Assembly (NCBI GenBank): GCA_947377865.1 | Contig: CANCHK010000005.1 | Coordinates: forward strand, 3,303 to 67,302 | Direction: 5' to 3' | From: Opitutia bacterium | Lineage (GTDB): Bacteria > Verrucomicrobiota > Verrucomicrobiia > Opitutales > UBA953 | Length of the DNA: 64,000 nucleotides | Part shown: positions 51,645 to 59,352 of the stretch, in pieces | Layout of the letters: the number at the start of each line of letters is the position of its first letter | Numbering within the stretch: the stretch's first letter is position 1 | Program-made: the position numbers and the translations under genes | Notes under the pieces: model-generated | The model's database searches: none | What the model saw: the letters and a program-made list of their open reading frames with translations, nothing else | What the model was told of the DNA's origin: nothing

Positions 51645-52535
51645 TTATTTCTTGGCAGGCAGGTAGCCGAGCGAGACGAGGAAGTCGTCGGCGGCCGCGA
51701 GGGTCTCGGCGAACTTCGACTTGTTGAAGAAGCTGTGCTTTTCGCCTTCGTAGCCGATGAGGTCGCAGCGATTGCCGGCGGCTTTCATGACCTCGGTGAA
51801 TTTCTCGACGGTCGAGTAGGGGACAGTGGTGTCGGCCTTGCCGTGGAAGATGACCGTGGGCGGCGTGCCTTTCTTGACATGGTGGATCGGCGAGATTTCC
51901 ACGGGTTCGCAGCCAAACTTTTCCTTGTCCAGGCCGGCGCCAAAGCCCTTGAGGTCGAGACCGGGGAAGGGGGCCATCACGGTGCCGGGATTGAAGAGCA
52001 CGAGGGCGTTGGGCATGCAGGAGACCGACTTGTCGTCCTGTGCGGTGTCGAGTCCCGGCACCGTCGCGACCGCGGCGGCGAGGTGTCCGCCCGCCGAACC
52101 GCCGCCGACGGCGATGCGGTCGGGGTCGATGCCGAGGCGCGCGGCGTTGGCGCGCACCCAGCGGACGCAGGCCTTGGCATCGGATACGCAATCTGCCGGC
52201 TTGGCGTCCTGCCGCGTCTTGACGCGATAGTCGGCGACGATGGCGATCATGCCGCGGGAGGCGAGGTGTCGGCTCTGCGGTTCGAACTGGGTAGGCGATC
52301 CGCCGGTCCAACCGCCGCCGAAGAAGAAGACAATCGCCGGGAGCGGCTTGGCGGACTTCTGCGCAGGGTCGAAGATCCAGACTTTCAGTTCGGTGTCGCC
52401 GACCTTGCGGTAGGTCTCTGACTTGGTGCCTTCGATGGCAGGCGGATAGCCGCCGGCTTTCTTCTTGGCGGCTTTTTCCTGGGCGCCCGCGGTCAGCGCG
52501 ACGAACAGGGAGAGGAAGGCGAGGGTAAGGCGCAT
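51645..52535 (-). CDS. alpha/beta hydrolase (esterase/lipase, Abhydrolase_3-like), secreted
   Basis: Start trimmed to MRLTLAFLSLFVALTAGA; the upstream 84 aa in the track is translated repeat. FFFGGGW oxyanion-type motif and GGSAGG nucleophile elbow. Confidence 0.8.
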   Translation of the reverse strand: MRLTLAFLSLFVALTAGAQEKAAKKKAGGYPPAIEGTKSETYRKVGDTELKVWIFDPAQKSAKPLPAIVFFFGGGWTGGSPTQFEPQSRHLASRGMIAIVADYRVKTRQDAKPADCVSDAKACVRWVRANAARLGIDPDRIAVGGGSAGGHLAAAVATVPGLDTAQDDKSVSCMPNALVLFNPGTVMAPFPGLDLKGFGAGLDKEKFGCEPVEISPIHHVKKGTPPTVIFHGKADTTVPYSTVEKFTEVMKAAGNRCDLIGYEGEKHSFFNKSKFAETLAAADDFLVSLGYLPAKK

Positions 52536-52726
52536 GGGGGTAAGCGGAAGATGGACGATGGAAGATGGGGGATAAAGGATGAAAGGCGGAATGGATGGCT
52601 GAATCGATGCCAGAGGGCTGCGCAATGGGGTCTGACTTCGTTCGGAATCCTGAACGTGTCTGACCCCATCAGCGACCCTGCCACCCGCCACCTGGGGCCG
52701 CCACCCGCCACTTGGAAATGTATGCC

Positions 52727-52766
52727 CCAACCAATCATCCGGTTTCCCTGTGGTGCACCTTTTGAG
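52727..52766 (-). repeat. CTCAAAGGG...CCGGATGATTGG module (reverse)
   Basis: Plus strand reads ccaaccaatcatccggtttccctgtggtgcaccttttgag. Preceded by ttggaaatgtatgcccc, as at 56525. Confidence 0.7.
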
Positions 52767-52775
52767 TGCTGTGAT

Positions 52776-52827
52776 CCCCGTGTCCACGTGTCCCCTTGCC
52801 CACGTGCACCCTGGCGGCTTCGCCGCC
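52776..52827 (-). repeat. stop-codon hairpin + tandem 16-mer (CACGTG) element
   Basis: ccccgtgtccacgtgtccccttgcccacgtgcaccct + hairpin ggcggc-ttc-gccgcc (52813-52827). Stop at 52829. Confidence 0.8.
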
Positions 52828-52828
52828 C

Positions 52829-55800
52829 TTACTTCTTAAAGTAAGCGTTGCTCTTGTCTCCGCCGCTCAGGACGTAGGCTACGAGGTCGAGGATCTCTTC
52901 CTGCGTGAGCATGCTCAGGAGCATGGGCGGCATGGGCGAAATCTTGCTCAGCTCGATGCTCTTCACGTCCTTGCGGTCGACGGCGACCTGCTGGATGGGG
53001 TCAGAGGAATCGGTGTTGATGCTGACGCGGTCGCCGTTGAGGTTCACGACGACGCCAGTGAGTACCGTCCCGTCGTTCTTGGTGACCACGATCGGGATGA
53101 ACTGCTCGTTGAGCACCTTGCTCGGATTGATGATCTGGTCGAGGAAGTCGTGCGGGCTGTAACGGCCGCCGGCGCCGCTGAGGTCCGGGCCGGTCATGCC
53201 GCCGGCGTTGCCGAAGCGGTGGCAGGTGAAGCAGGCGGCGGCGCTGAAGACCTTGCGGCCTTGAGCGTAGTCGCGGTTCTTCATGCCGGTGCTGGCGGCG
53301 GCGCTGAGTTCTTCGAGCGTCCAATTCTTGGGCGTGCGGCCGGCGAACATGGCGCCGACGTTCTCGATGGCAGACTTGGGCTCAGGCTTGCGGCTGATGA
53401 GTTCGGCGAGCGACGTCTTCTCGGCGTCGGTGAAGGTCGCGAGGGAGTCGTTACGGATGAATTCGTTGAACTTGGCGAAGCTGGATCCGCCGCGGTAGTT
53501 CGCGGCCTTGAGGAACCACTCGAGCTGCTGCTTACGGAGCTCCGGCGTCCAGCCGGCCTTGAGGTTGCGCAGGCTGCGGGCGTACTCCATCTGGGGTTCT
53601 TGGCTTTCGGCGTTGTTGATCAGGGCGATGCCCTTGGCGGCCGCGGACGGAGCCTGGAGGGCGACGAGCGTTTCGCAGAGTTCCCAGTTGAGCTCGAAGT
53701 TGTCGGCCGGGAAGGCGGGGTCGAGTTTGGCGATGAGCGCCTGCACGGTCGCGTCGGCGGGCTTGCCGTAGCGGTTGAGGACGATCCCGGTGACGCGGAC
53801 GAGCGCGAGGCGCTGGTCGTTGTTCAGGCTGTTCCAGTCGGCCTTGAGGATGCCGGCGAGGAGCTCGGCGCCGAGCTGGGTGTCGACGACGGTTTCACCG
53901 ACGCGGTGGAACGGGCAGATGCCGCCGACCTGAGCGAGGGCAAGGAGCGCCTCATTGCGGGCGAAGGGATCCGTCTCGGCCAAGGCCTTGTCTTTCCACT
54001 CGGAGATAGGCTGGTGGGTGATGGCAACACGTGCGGCCCAGCGGATGAAGCGGTCCGGGCTGCGGAGGTGCGGCCAGGCGAACGCGACGGCCTTGGGGTC
54101 CTTGCGGCCGTGGAAGGCTTCGAGCTGATGGCGCAGGTCGCGTTCCGCGGAGGGTTTGGCTTCGGCGACGACCGGTGCGGTGCTTTCCTTGCCGACATAG
54201 GTCACGCGGTAAAGGCCCGACTGGACCTTGCGGCCGCCGATGGCGAAGTACATCGCGCCGTCCTTAGGATGGATCACGACGTCGGTGACGGGCAGGGGGC
54301 CGCCGCTGATGAAGTCGGTCTTGGTGCCGGCGTAGCTGGCGCCCTTGGCCTTGAGGTCGATCGCGTAGATCTTGCCCCAGCTCCAATCGAGGATGAAGAG
54401 CGATTCCTGGAACTTGGCCGGGAACTTGGCGCCGTAGCCGAAGGTCACGCCGGTCGGAGAGCCCGGGCCGATGTTAATCGCGGCTGGGAGGTTGTCGGCG
54501 TAGAACTCGGGGCGCTTGCCGGCGCCGTTGCGCCAGCCGAACTCGGCGCCGCTGACGACGTGGTTCACGCGGGTCGGGCGGTACCACGGCGTATTGAAGT
54601 CGTATTCCATGTCGGCGTCGTACGTGAACAGCTCGCCGTCATGATTGAACGCGGCGTCGTAGATATTGCGGAAGCCGGTGGCGAAGAGGTTGAAGTCCTT
54701 GCCGTCCGGGGAGACGCGGTAGATGCAGCCGCCCGGTCCCATCACGTCGCGCATGAAGCCGCGGCCGTCAGGCATGCGCGGAAGCACGTGGTCTTCGCCC
54801 CAGACCTTGGGGACGACGGAGTCGCCCGAGATGGCGGTCATCTTGGCGCCGTTGCCGGAGATGAGGTAGATTGATTCGCCGTCCGGCGCGGGCACGATGG
54901 CGTGCACGCCGTGGTCGCCGTTGGAGACGATCTCGCGGAGGAGTTCGACCTTGTCGAGCTGGTCGTCGCCCTTGGAGGAGGAGACGCGGTAGAGTCCGCA
55001 AGGAATCTTATGTTCGTAGTCGTTGACGCCGCAGTAGAGGGCGCCCTTGAACCAGACCATGCCGTTGATGCCGCGGATCTCGGCCGGAAGTTTCTGGACG
55101 TCGGCAGCCTTCAGCGTTTCGCCGGCGGCAGGAGCATTGAAGCGATAAAGCGCACCGTACTGGTCGCTGGCAAGGATGCGGCCTTGGGGGTCGGTGCAGA
55201 GCGCCACCCAGGAGCCGAGTGAGTCGCCAGGGACGGAGTAGAGGAGCTCGACCTTGAAGCCTTCAGGGGCGCGGATGCGGTCTACGGGAGTGGCCTTGTT
55301 TTCGCCGACAGCCTTGCCGGCGTTGGCTTCGGCAGGCTGGGCGGCCTTGGCCTTCGCTTTGCCCTTCTGCTTGGGCGCGGCCTTCGGGGCGTCGACGGCG
55401 AGCTGGAGGAAGGCCTTGGTGGCGGGCTTCACGACGGACTCAGCCTTGGGCGCAGCCTTCTTGGCCGGGGCTTTCTTGGCCTTGCCGGCGGGCTTCTCGA
55501 TCTTCTGCGCATCGCTCGGGATCAGGTTCTTCTCCAGGGAGAGGAGTCCGCCTTCGGGGAGTTCCTTGAGAATGACGTCCTTGATCTGGACGATCATGGC
55601 GGGACCACGGTGGACCTGGAAAGCGACGAGGCCTTCGAGCGAACGGGCTTTCTCATCATGATCGACGAGGTCGATGGTGACCTTGCCGTCGACCTTGTGC
55701 GTAAGGTGGTTGCCGTTCGCGATGACGGTGTATTCGTGCCACTCGGCGATGTCGACCTTGACGGCCTCATGCTCGGCGGCGAGCCACTTGCCGCCTTTAT

Positions 55801-56230
55801 CGTCGATGATCACGCTCTGTCCGTTCTGCACGAGAATGCCGCGCCCGCGTTCTTCGTAGACCATGGCGTTGTTAGGGGCCGAAGGGTGGACGTCGCACTG
55901 GTAGCCGCCGATGGACCACTTGCCGTTCTCAGGCAGGTCTTTGCTGCGGTACTGGATGCCGGAGTTGCTGGCGGAGCACTTGATCTTGGCGCGTAGCTCG
56001 AAATTCTTCACGACGCCGCCGCGCCAGACGAGGAACTGATTGTAGGTGAGATGGTCAGGACCCTTGGTCTTGCCGGTGAGGCAGCCGTCCTCGACGGACC
56101 ATAGCTCAGGGTTGCCGTCCCAGCCGGCGAGGGACTTGCCGTCAAAGATCGGTTTGAAGCCGTCCTCGGCGGACAGAGGGGAGAGGGCGACCAGCAGGAA
56201 AGCCAGTAGCGCAGAGAGGGGGTGTCTCAT
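52829..56230 (-). CDS. PVC-type heme-binding protein: DUF1080 + Lys/Ala-rich linker + beta-propeller + HEAT + CxxCH
   Basis: N-terminal FKPIFDGKSLAGWDGNPELWSVEDGCLTG...FQVHRG (DUF1080), a KAKKAPAKKAAPK linker, propeller, HEAT-like repeats and AACFTCHRFGNAGGMTGPDLSG. Confidence 0.85.
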   Translation of the reverse strand: MRHPLSALLAFLLVALSPLSAEDGFKPIFDGKSLAGWDGNPELWSVEDGCLTGKTKGPDHLTYNQFLVWRGGVVKNFELRAKIKCSASNSGIQYRSKDLPENGKWSIGGYQCDVHPSAPNNAMVYEERGRGILVQNGQSVIIDDKGGKWLAAEHEAVKVDIAEWHEYTVIANGNHLTHKVDGKVTIDLVDHDEKARSLEGLVAFQVHRGPAMIVQIKDVILKELPEGGLLSLEKNLIPSDAQKIEKPAGKAKKAPAKKAAPKAESVVKPATKAFLQLAVDAPKAAPKQKGKAKAKAAQPAEANAGKAVGENKATPVDRIRAPEGFKVELLYSVPGDSLGSWVALCTDPQGRILASDQYGALYRFNAPAAGETLKAADVQKLPAEIRGINGMVWFKGALYCGVNDYEHKIPCGLYRVSSSKGDDQLDKVELLREIVSNGDHGVHAIVPAPDGESIYLISGNGAKMTAISGDSVVPKVWGEDHVLPRMPDGRGFMRDVMGPGGCIYRVSPDGKDFNLFATGFRNIYDAAFNHDGELFTYDADMEYDFNTPWYRPTRVNHVVSGAEFGWRNGAGKRPEFYADNLPAAINIGPGSPTGVTFGYGAKFPAKFQESLFILDWSWGKIYAIDLKAKGASYAGTKTDFISGGPLPVTDVVIHPKDGAMYFAIGGRKVQSGLYRVTYVGKESTAPVVAEAKPSAERDLRHQLEAFHGRKDPKAVAFAWPHLRSPDRFIRWAARVAITHQPISEWKDKALAETDPFARNEALLALAQVGGICPFHRVGETVVDTQLGAELLAGILKADWNSLNNDQRLALVRVTGIVLNRYGKPADATVQALIAKLDPAFPADNFELNWELCETLVALQAPSAAAKGIALINNAESQEPQMEYARSLRNLKAGWTPELRKQQLEWFLKAANYRGGSSFAKFNEFIRNDSLATFTDAEKTSLAELISRKPEPKSAIENVGAMFAGRTPKNWTLEELSAAASTGMKNRDYAQGRKVFSAAACFTCHRFGNAGGMTGPDLSGAGGRYSPHDFLDQIINPSKVLNEQFIPIVVTKNDGTVLTGVVVNLNGDRVSINTDSSDPIQQVAVDRKDVKSIELSKISPMPPMLLSMLTQEEILDLVAYVLSGGDKSNAYFKK

Positions 56231-56309
56231 GGGGGAGTATTTGTCTATGCCCCTTGGACACGCGTCAACGCCACTTGTTCAAATGGCGGGAAATGGAGCC
56301 GAAACCCTC

Positions 56310-56323
56310 GAGTATGGAGTATC
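56310..56323 (-). repeat. ATACTC heptamer array (2 units)
   Basis: gagtatg gagtatc. Confidence 0.6.
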
Positions 56324-56336
56324 GGGGGGCCGATGA

Positions 56337-56523
56337 CTCAAAGGGAAACCGGAGACCGGAAATGATGCTAAGGCATAAAATTTCAGGTTACGGGTGAAGG
56401 CCACGGTGGTCGGCCTTTCGGGTATCAGCCGTTCAGCCTTCAGCCGCCGGAGCCAGGTACCCGCTGCCGATACCTGAATGGCCGAATCCTGAACTCCCGA
56501 TGCCGTGCCCGTCACCCGACACC
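56337..56523 (+). repeat. 187-bp intergenic element, copy 2 (left inverted repeat degenerate)
   Basis: Same orientation as copy 1. The left arm reads ggttacgggtgaagg (3 mismatches to the right arm). Confidence 0.85.
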
Positions 56524-56538
56524 TTGAAATGTATATCC

Positions 56539-56578
56539 CCAGCCAACTAACCAGTTCCCCCGTGGAGCCCCCTTTGAG
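56539..56578 (-). repeat. CTCAAAGGG...CCGGATGATTGG module (reverse, diverged)
   Basis: Plus strand reads ccagccaactaaccagttcccccgtggagccccctttgag. Confidence 0.6.
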
Positions 56579-56591
56579 TTATGCCTCTCCC

Positions 56592-56612
56592 TATACTCCA
56601 TACTCGATACTC
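56592..56612 (+). repeat. ATACTC heptamer array (3 units)
   Basis: tatactc catactc gatactc, followed by a reversed partial GTGCAAAG module (cacttttgcacctttgcac). Confidence 0.75.
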
Positions 56613-56693
56613 GCGCATTCACTTTTGCACCTTTGCACTGCCTCTATCTGTTCCACAGCGCCACTGAGCCTCCGGGCCTCTCGTGTATGATGC

Positions 56694-56752
56694 GTGTCCC
56701 CATGCCCCCGTGCCAGCATGCCCCCTCGCGTAAGCGCGCACCGCGCTTACGC
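56694..56752 (-). repeat. stop-codon hairpin + degenerate 16-mer element
   Basis: gtgtccccatgcccccgtgccagcatgccccct + 11-bp hairpin gcgtaagcgcg-cac-cgcgcttacgc (56728-56752) containing the stop at 56747. Confidence 0.65.
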
Positions 56753-58189
56753 GACAATCCCTTTCACGACCTTCGCCGGCTCGACCCCGGTCAACCGGAA
56801 ATCGAGTCCCTGGTGGCGGTAAGTGAAGCGCTCATGGTCGATACCCATGAGGTGCAGGAGGGTGGCGTGGAGGTCGTGCACATGCACGGGATCCTTGGCG
56901 ACGTTGTAGCTGAAGTCGTCCGTTTCGCCATAGCTGGTGCCGGCCTTGATGCCGCCGCCGGCCATCCACATGGTGAAGCAACGTGGGTGGTGGTCGCGCC
57001 CGGCTTCGGGGCTGTCCCACTTGCCCTGGCCGGCGACGCCGCGGCCGAACTCGCCGCCCCAGACGACGAGGGTGTCCTCGAGGAGTCCGCGGCGCTTGAG
57101 GTCCTTGATGAGCGCGGCGCTGGGCTGGTCAGTGTCGCGGCAACGCGCGGTGCACCATGAGGTGAGTCGGCTGTGGTGGTCCCAGTCGGGATGGAAGAGT
57201 TGCACGAAGCGGACGCCGCGCTCGATCAGGCGACGCGCGAGGATGCAGTTGGCGGCGTAACTGCCGGGGCGCCGCGAGTCCGGCCCGTAAAGCTCGAAGA
57301 CTTCGTCCTTCTCGTCGCTGAGATCGGTGAGCTCGGGCACGCTGGCCTGCATGCGGTAGGCCATCTCATATTGGCGGATGCGCGTGGAGACCTCGGGGTC
57401 GCCGCTGCGTTCCAGTGCCTGCTGGTTCAACGCGCCGAGTCCGTCCAGCATCTCGCGACGCAGCTCGCGCGGCAGGCCGTCCGGGTCGCGCAGGTAGAGG
57501 ACGGGGTCCTTGGCGCTGCGGAGCTTGACGCCTTGGTAGCGAGACGGGAGGAAGCCGCTGCCCCAATAATGATCATACAAAGGTTGGTCGCTTGGCCGCT
57601 GCATCTTGGAGAGCAGTACGAGGTAGTCGGGAAGGTTACGGTTCTCGCTGCCGAGCCCGTAACTGGCCCAGGCGCCGAGGCTCGGGCGGCCAGGAATCTG
57701 GTTGCCGGTCAGGAACTGCGTCATGGCGGGCGCATGGTTGATCTGGTCGGTGTGCATCGAGCGCACGATGCAGAGGTCGTCCGCGACGGTCTTGAGGTGA
57801 GGCAGCCATTCGCCGATGCTCTGTCCGCTCTTGCCGCAGCGTTCGAACTTGGTGGCAGCGGGCTTGATGAGCTGCTTCTGCCCGGAGGTCATGGTGGTCA
57901 GGCGCTGCCCGCGACGCACGGACTCCGGCAACTCGGTGCCGGCGAGCTTCATGAGGCCGGGCTTCTCGTCGAAGAGCTCGATCTGCGAGGGGCCACCGGA
58001 TTGGGTCAGGAAGATGACGCGCTTAGCCTTGGCGGCGAAGTGCGGGAGGTTCGGCAGGCCGAGTTTGCCGGCGCCGTCGGCGGCCAGGGCTCGTCCGATG
58101 AGCGTCGAGAGCGCCATGGCGCCGATCGAGAGGCCGGTGCACTGGCCGAGGAAGTAGCGACGCGAGGGGTCGAGAGGGTCGGGGCTCAT
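56747..58189 (-). CDS. DUF1501 domain protein (Tat signal)
   Basis: Start chosen at MSPDPLDPSRRYFLGQCTGLSIGAMAL, giving an ATGA overlap with the stop of 58186-59250. GRDHHPRCFTMWMAGGGIKAG. Confidence 0.9.
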   Translation of the reverse strand: MSPDPLDPSRRYFLGQCTGLSIGAMALSTLIGRALAADGAGKLGLPNLPHFAAKAKRVIFLTQSGGPSQIELFDEKPGLMKLAGTELPESVRRGQRLTTMTSGQKQLIKPAATKFERCGKSGQSIGEWLPHLKTVADDLCIVRSMHTDQINHAPAMTQFLTGNQIPGRPSLGAWASYGLGSENRNLPDYLVLLSKMQRPSDQPLYDHYWGSGFLPSRYQGVKLRSAKDPVLYLRDPDGLPRELRREMLDGLGALNQQALERSGDPEVSTRIRQYEMAYRMQASVPELTDLSDEKDEVFELYGPDSRRPGSYAANCILARRLIERGVRFVQLFHPDWDHHSRLTSWCTARCRDTDQPSAALIKDLKRRGLLEDTLVVWGGEFGRGVAGQGKWDSPEAGRDHHPRCFTMWMAGGGIKAGTSYGETDDFSYNVAKDPVHVHDLHATLLHLMGIDHERFTYRHQGLDFRLTGVEPAKVVKGIVA

Positions 58190-59250
58190 GCGAGGCGGTG
58201 GAGTTTGTAGGGGTAGACGCTGCCGCTGGCCCACTGGCAGACGTAAAGGTCGCCGCGCGTGTCGACGCACACGTCGTGGCAGTTGTTGAAGACGGGTTGG
58301 TCCTGCAGCATGAGCTGAAGCCGTCCGTCGACGTACTTGGGCTCTTGTCCTCCGGGGTTCGAGACGACGCGGTCATGCTCGTCGAGGATGGTGACGAAGC
58401 CGCGGCCCTGCCACATGCGGGTATCGTCGGGCTTGGCGCCGAAGCAGACGCCGGAATAGAGGTGCTTGCCGGAGATCACGGGGCGGCTGACGTACGCTCC
58501 GTGCAGGTAGACGCCGCGCACGTGCTTTCCTTCGAGGGTAAACCAGTTGAACTCATTGCGGACGCGTTCGGTGCAGACGAGCAAAGGCTCCGGTCCGCGG
58601 GTGTCGATCGCGACGCCGTGCGCCTGCATGAACTTGCCCGGGTTGGTCGGCTGGGTGCTCTTGCCGCCGAACTTGCCGAGGTATTTGCCGCCTTTGTCGA
58701 AGCGTAGGATGAACTGTGAGCCGTAGCCGTCGGCGACGTAAATGTCCCCATTGGGCGCGATGGCGGTCTCGGTCGGCGAATAGGGCTCCTTGTCCGAATA
58801 GGCGCCGCACTTCTGCGCGTGCGGAAGCTCGAGCACGGCCTTGCCGTCGAGGGTGGCCTTGATGACGCGCCCCGAGTTATCAGTAAGGTAAAGGTACTCC
58901 GTGCCGTCAGCTTCACGGTGCAGGGTGAGGCCGTGGCCGGCGCTCAGGCCGAGCGTCCAGGCGTCGAGCACCTTGCCGGCGACGTCGAAGACGAGGACGT
59001 TGTTCTGCTTGAGGTTGGTGATCAGGAAGAGGCGTCCGTTCGCGGATTGGACCATCTCATGGCAATCCTTGACGGGGTGCTTGGCCTTGTCGGCCTGACA
59101 CCAGAGCTTATCCACGCGATACCGGAACTCGCCATGCCCGACGATCGCGCCGTGGTGCGCAGGAGTGGCGCCAGCCGCTGCGAGCAGCTTCGGCGCAGCC
59201 ATCGCAGCCATGCTGCTGGCAAGGAAGGAACGTCGGGAGAGAGGAGGCAT
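58186..59250 (-). CDS. Tat-signal 6-bladed beta-propeller protein (NHL/PAL-like), paralog of 14188-15228
   Basis: MPPLSRRSFLASSMAAMAAP and homology by eye to 14188-15228 along the full length. Confidence 0.75.
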   Translation of the reverse strand: MPPLSRRSFLASSMAAMAAPKLLAAAGATPAHHGAIVGHGEFRYRVDKLWCQADKAKHPVKDCHEMVQSANGRLFLITNLKQNNVLVFDVAGKVLDAWTLGLSAGHGLTLHREADGTEYLYLTDNSGRVIKATLDGKAVLELPHAQKCGAYSDKEPYSPTETAIAPNGDIYVADGYGSQFILRFDKGGKYLGKFGGKSTQPTNPGKFMQAHGVAIDTRGPEPLLVCTERVRNEFNWFTLEGKHVRGVYLHGAYVSRPVISGKHLYSGVCFGAKPDDTRMWQGRGFVTILDEHDRVVSNPGGQEPKYVDGRLQLMLQDQPVFNNCHDVCVDTRGDLYVCQWASGSVYPYKLHRLA

Positions 59251-59324
59251 TGCGAAAGAAGATGACAGAGGGCAGATGACGGATGGCGGAAAGGCGATGA
59301 AGGAAGTGGCTTCTTGGATTACCC

Positions 59325-59352
59325 TATACTCGATACTCCATACTCAATACTC
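59325..59352 (+). repeat. ATACTC heptamer tandem array (4 units) abutting the stop of 59353-62394
   Basis: tatactc gatactc catactc aatactc, then tca (stop complement) at 59353. Confidence 0.85.
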
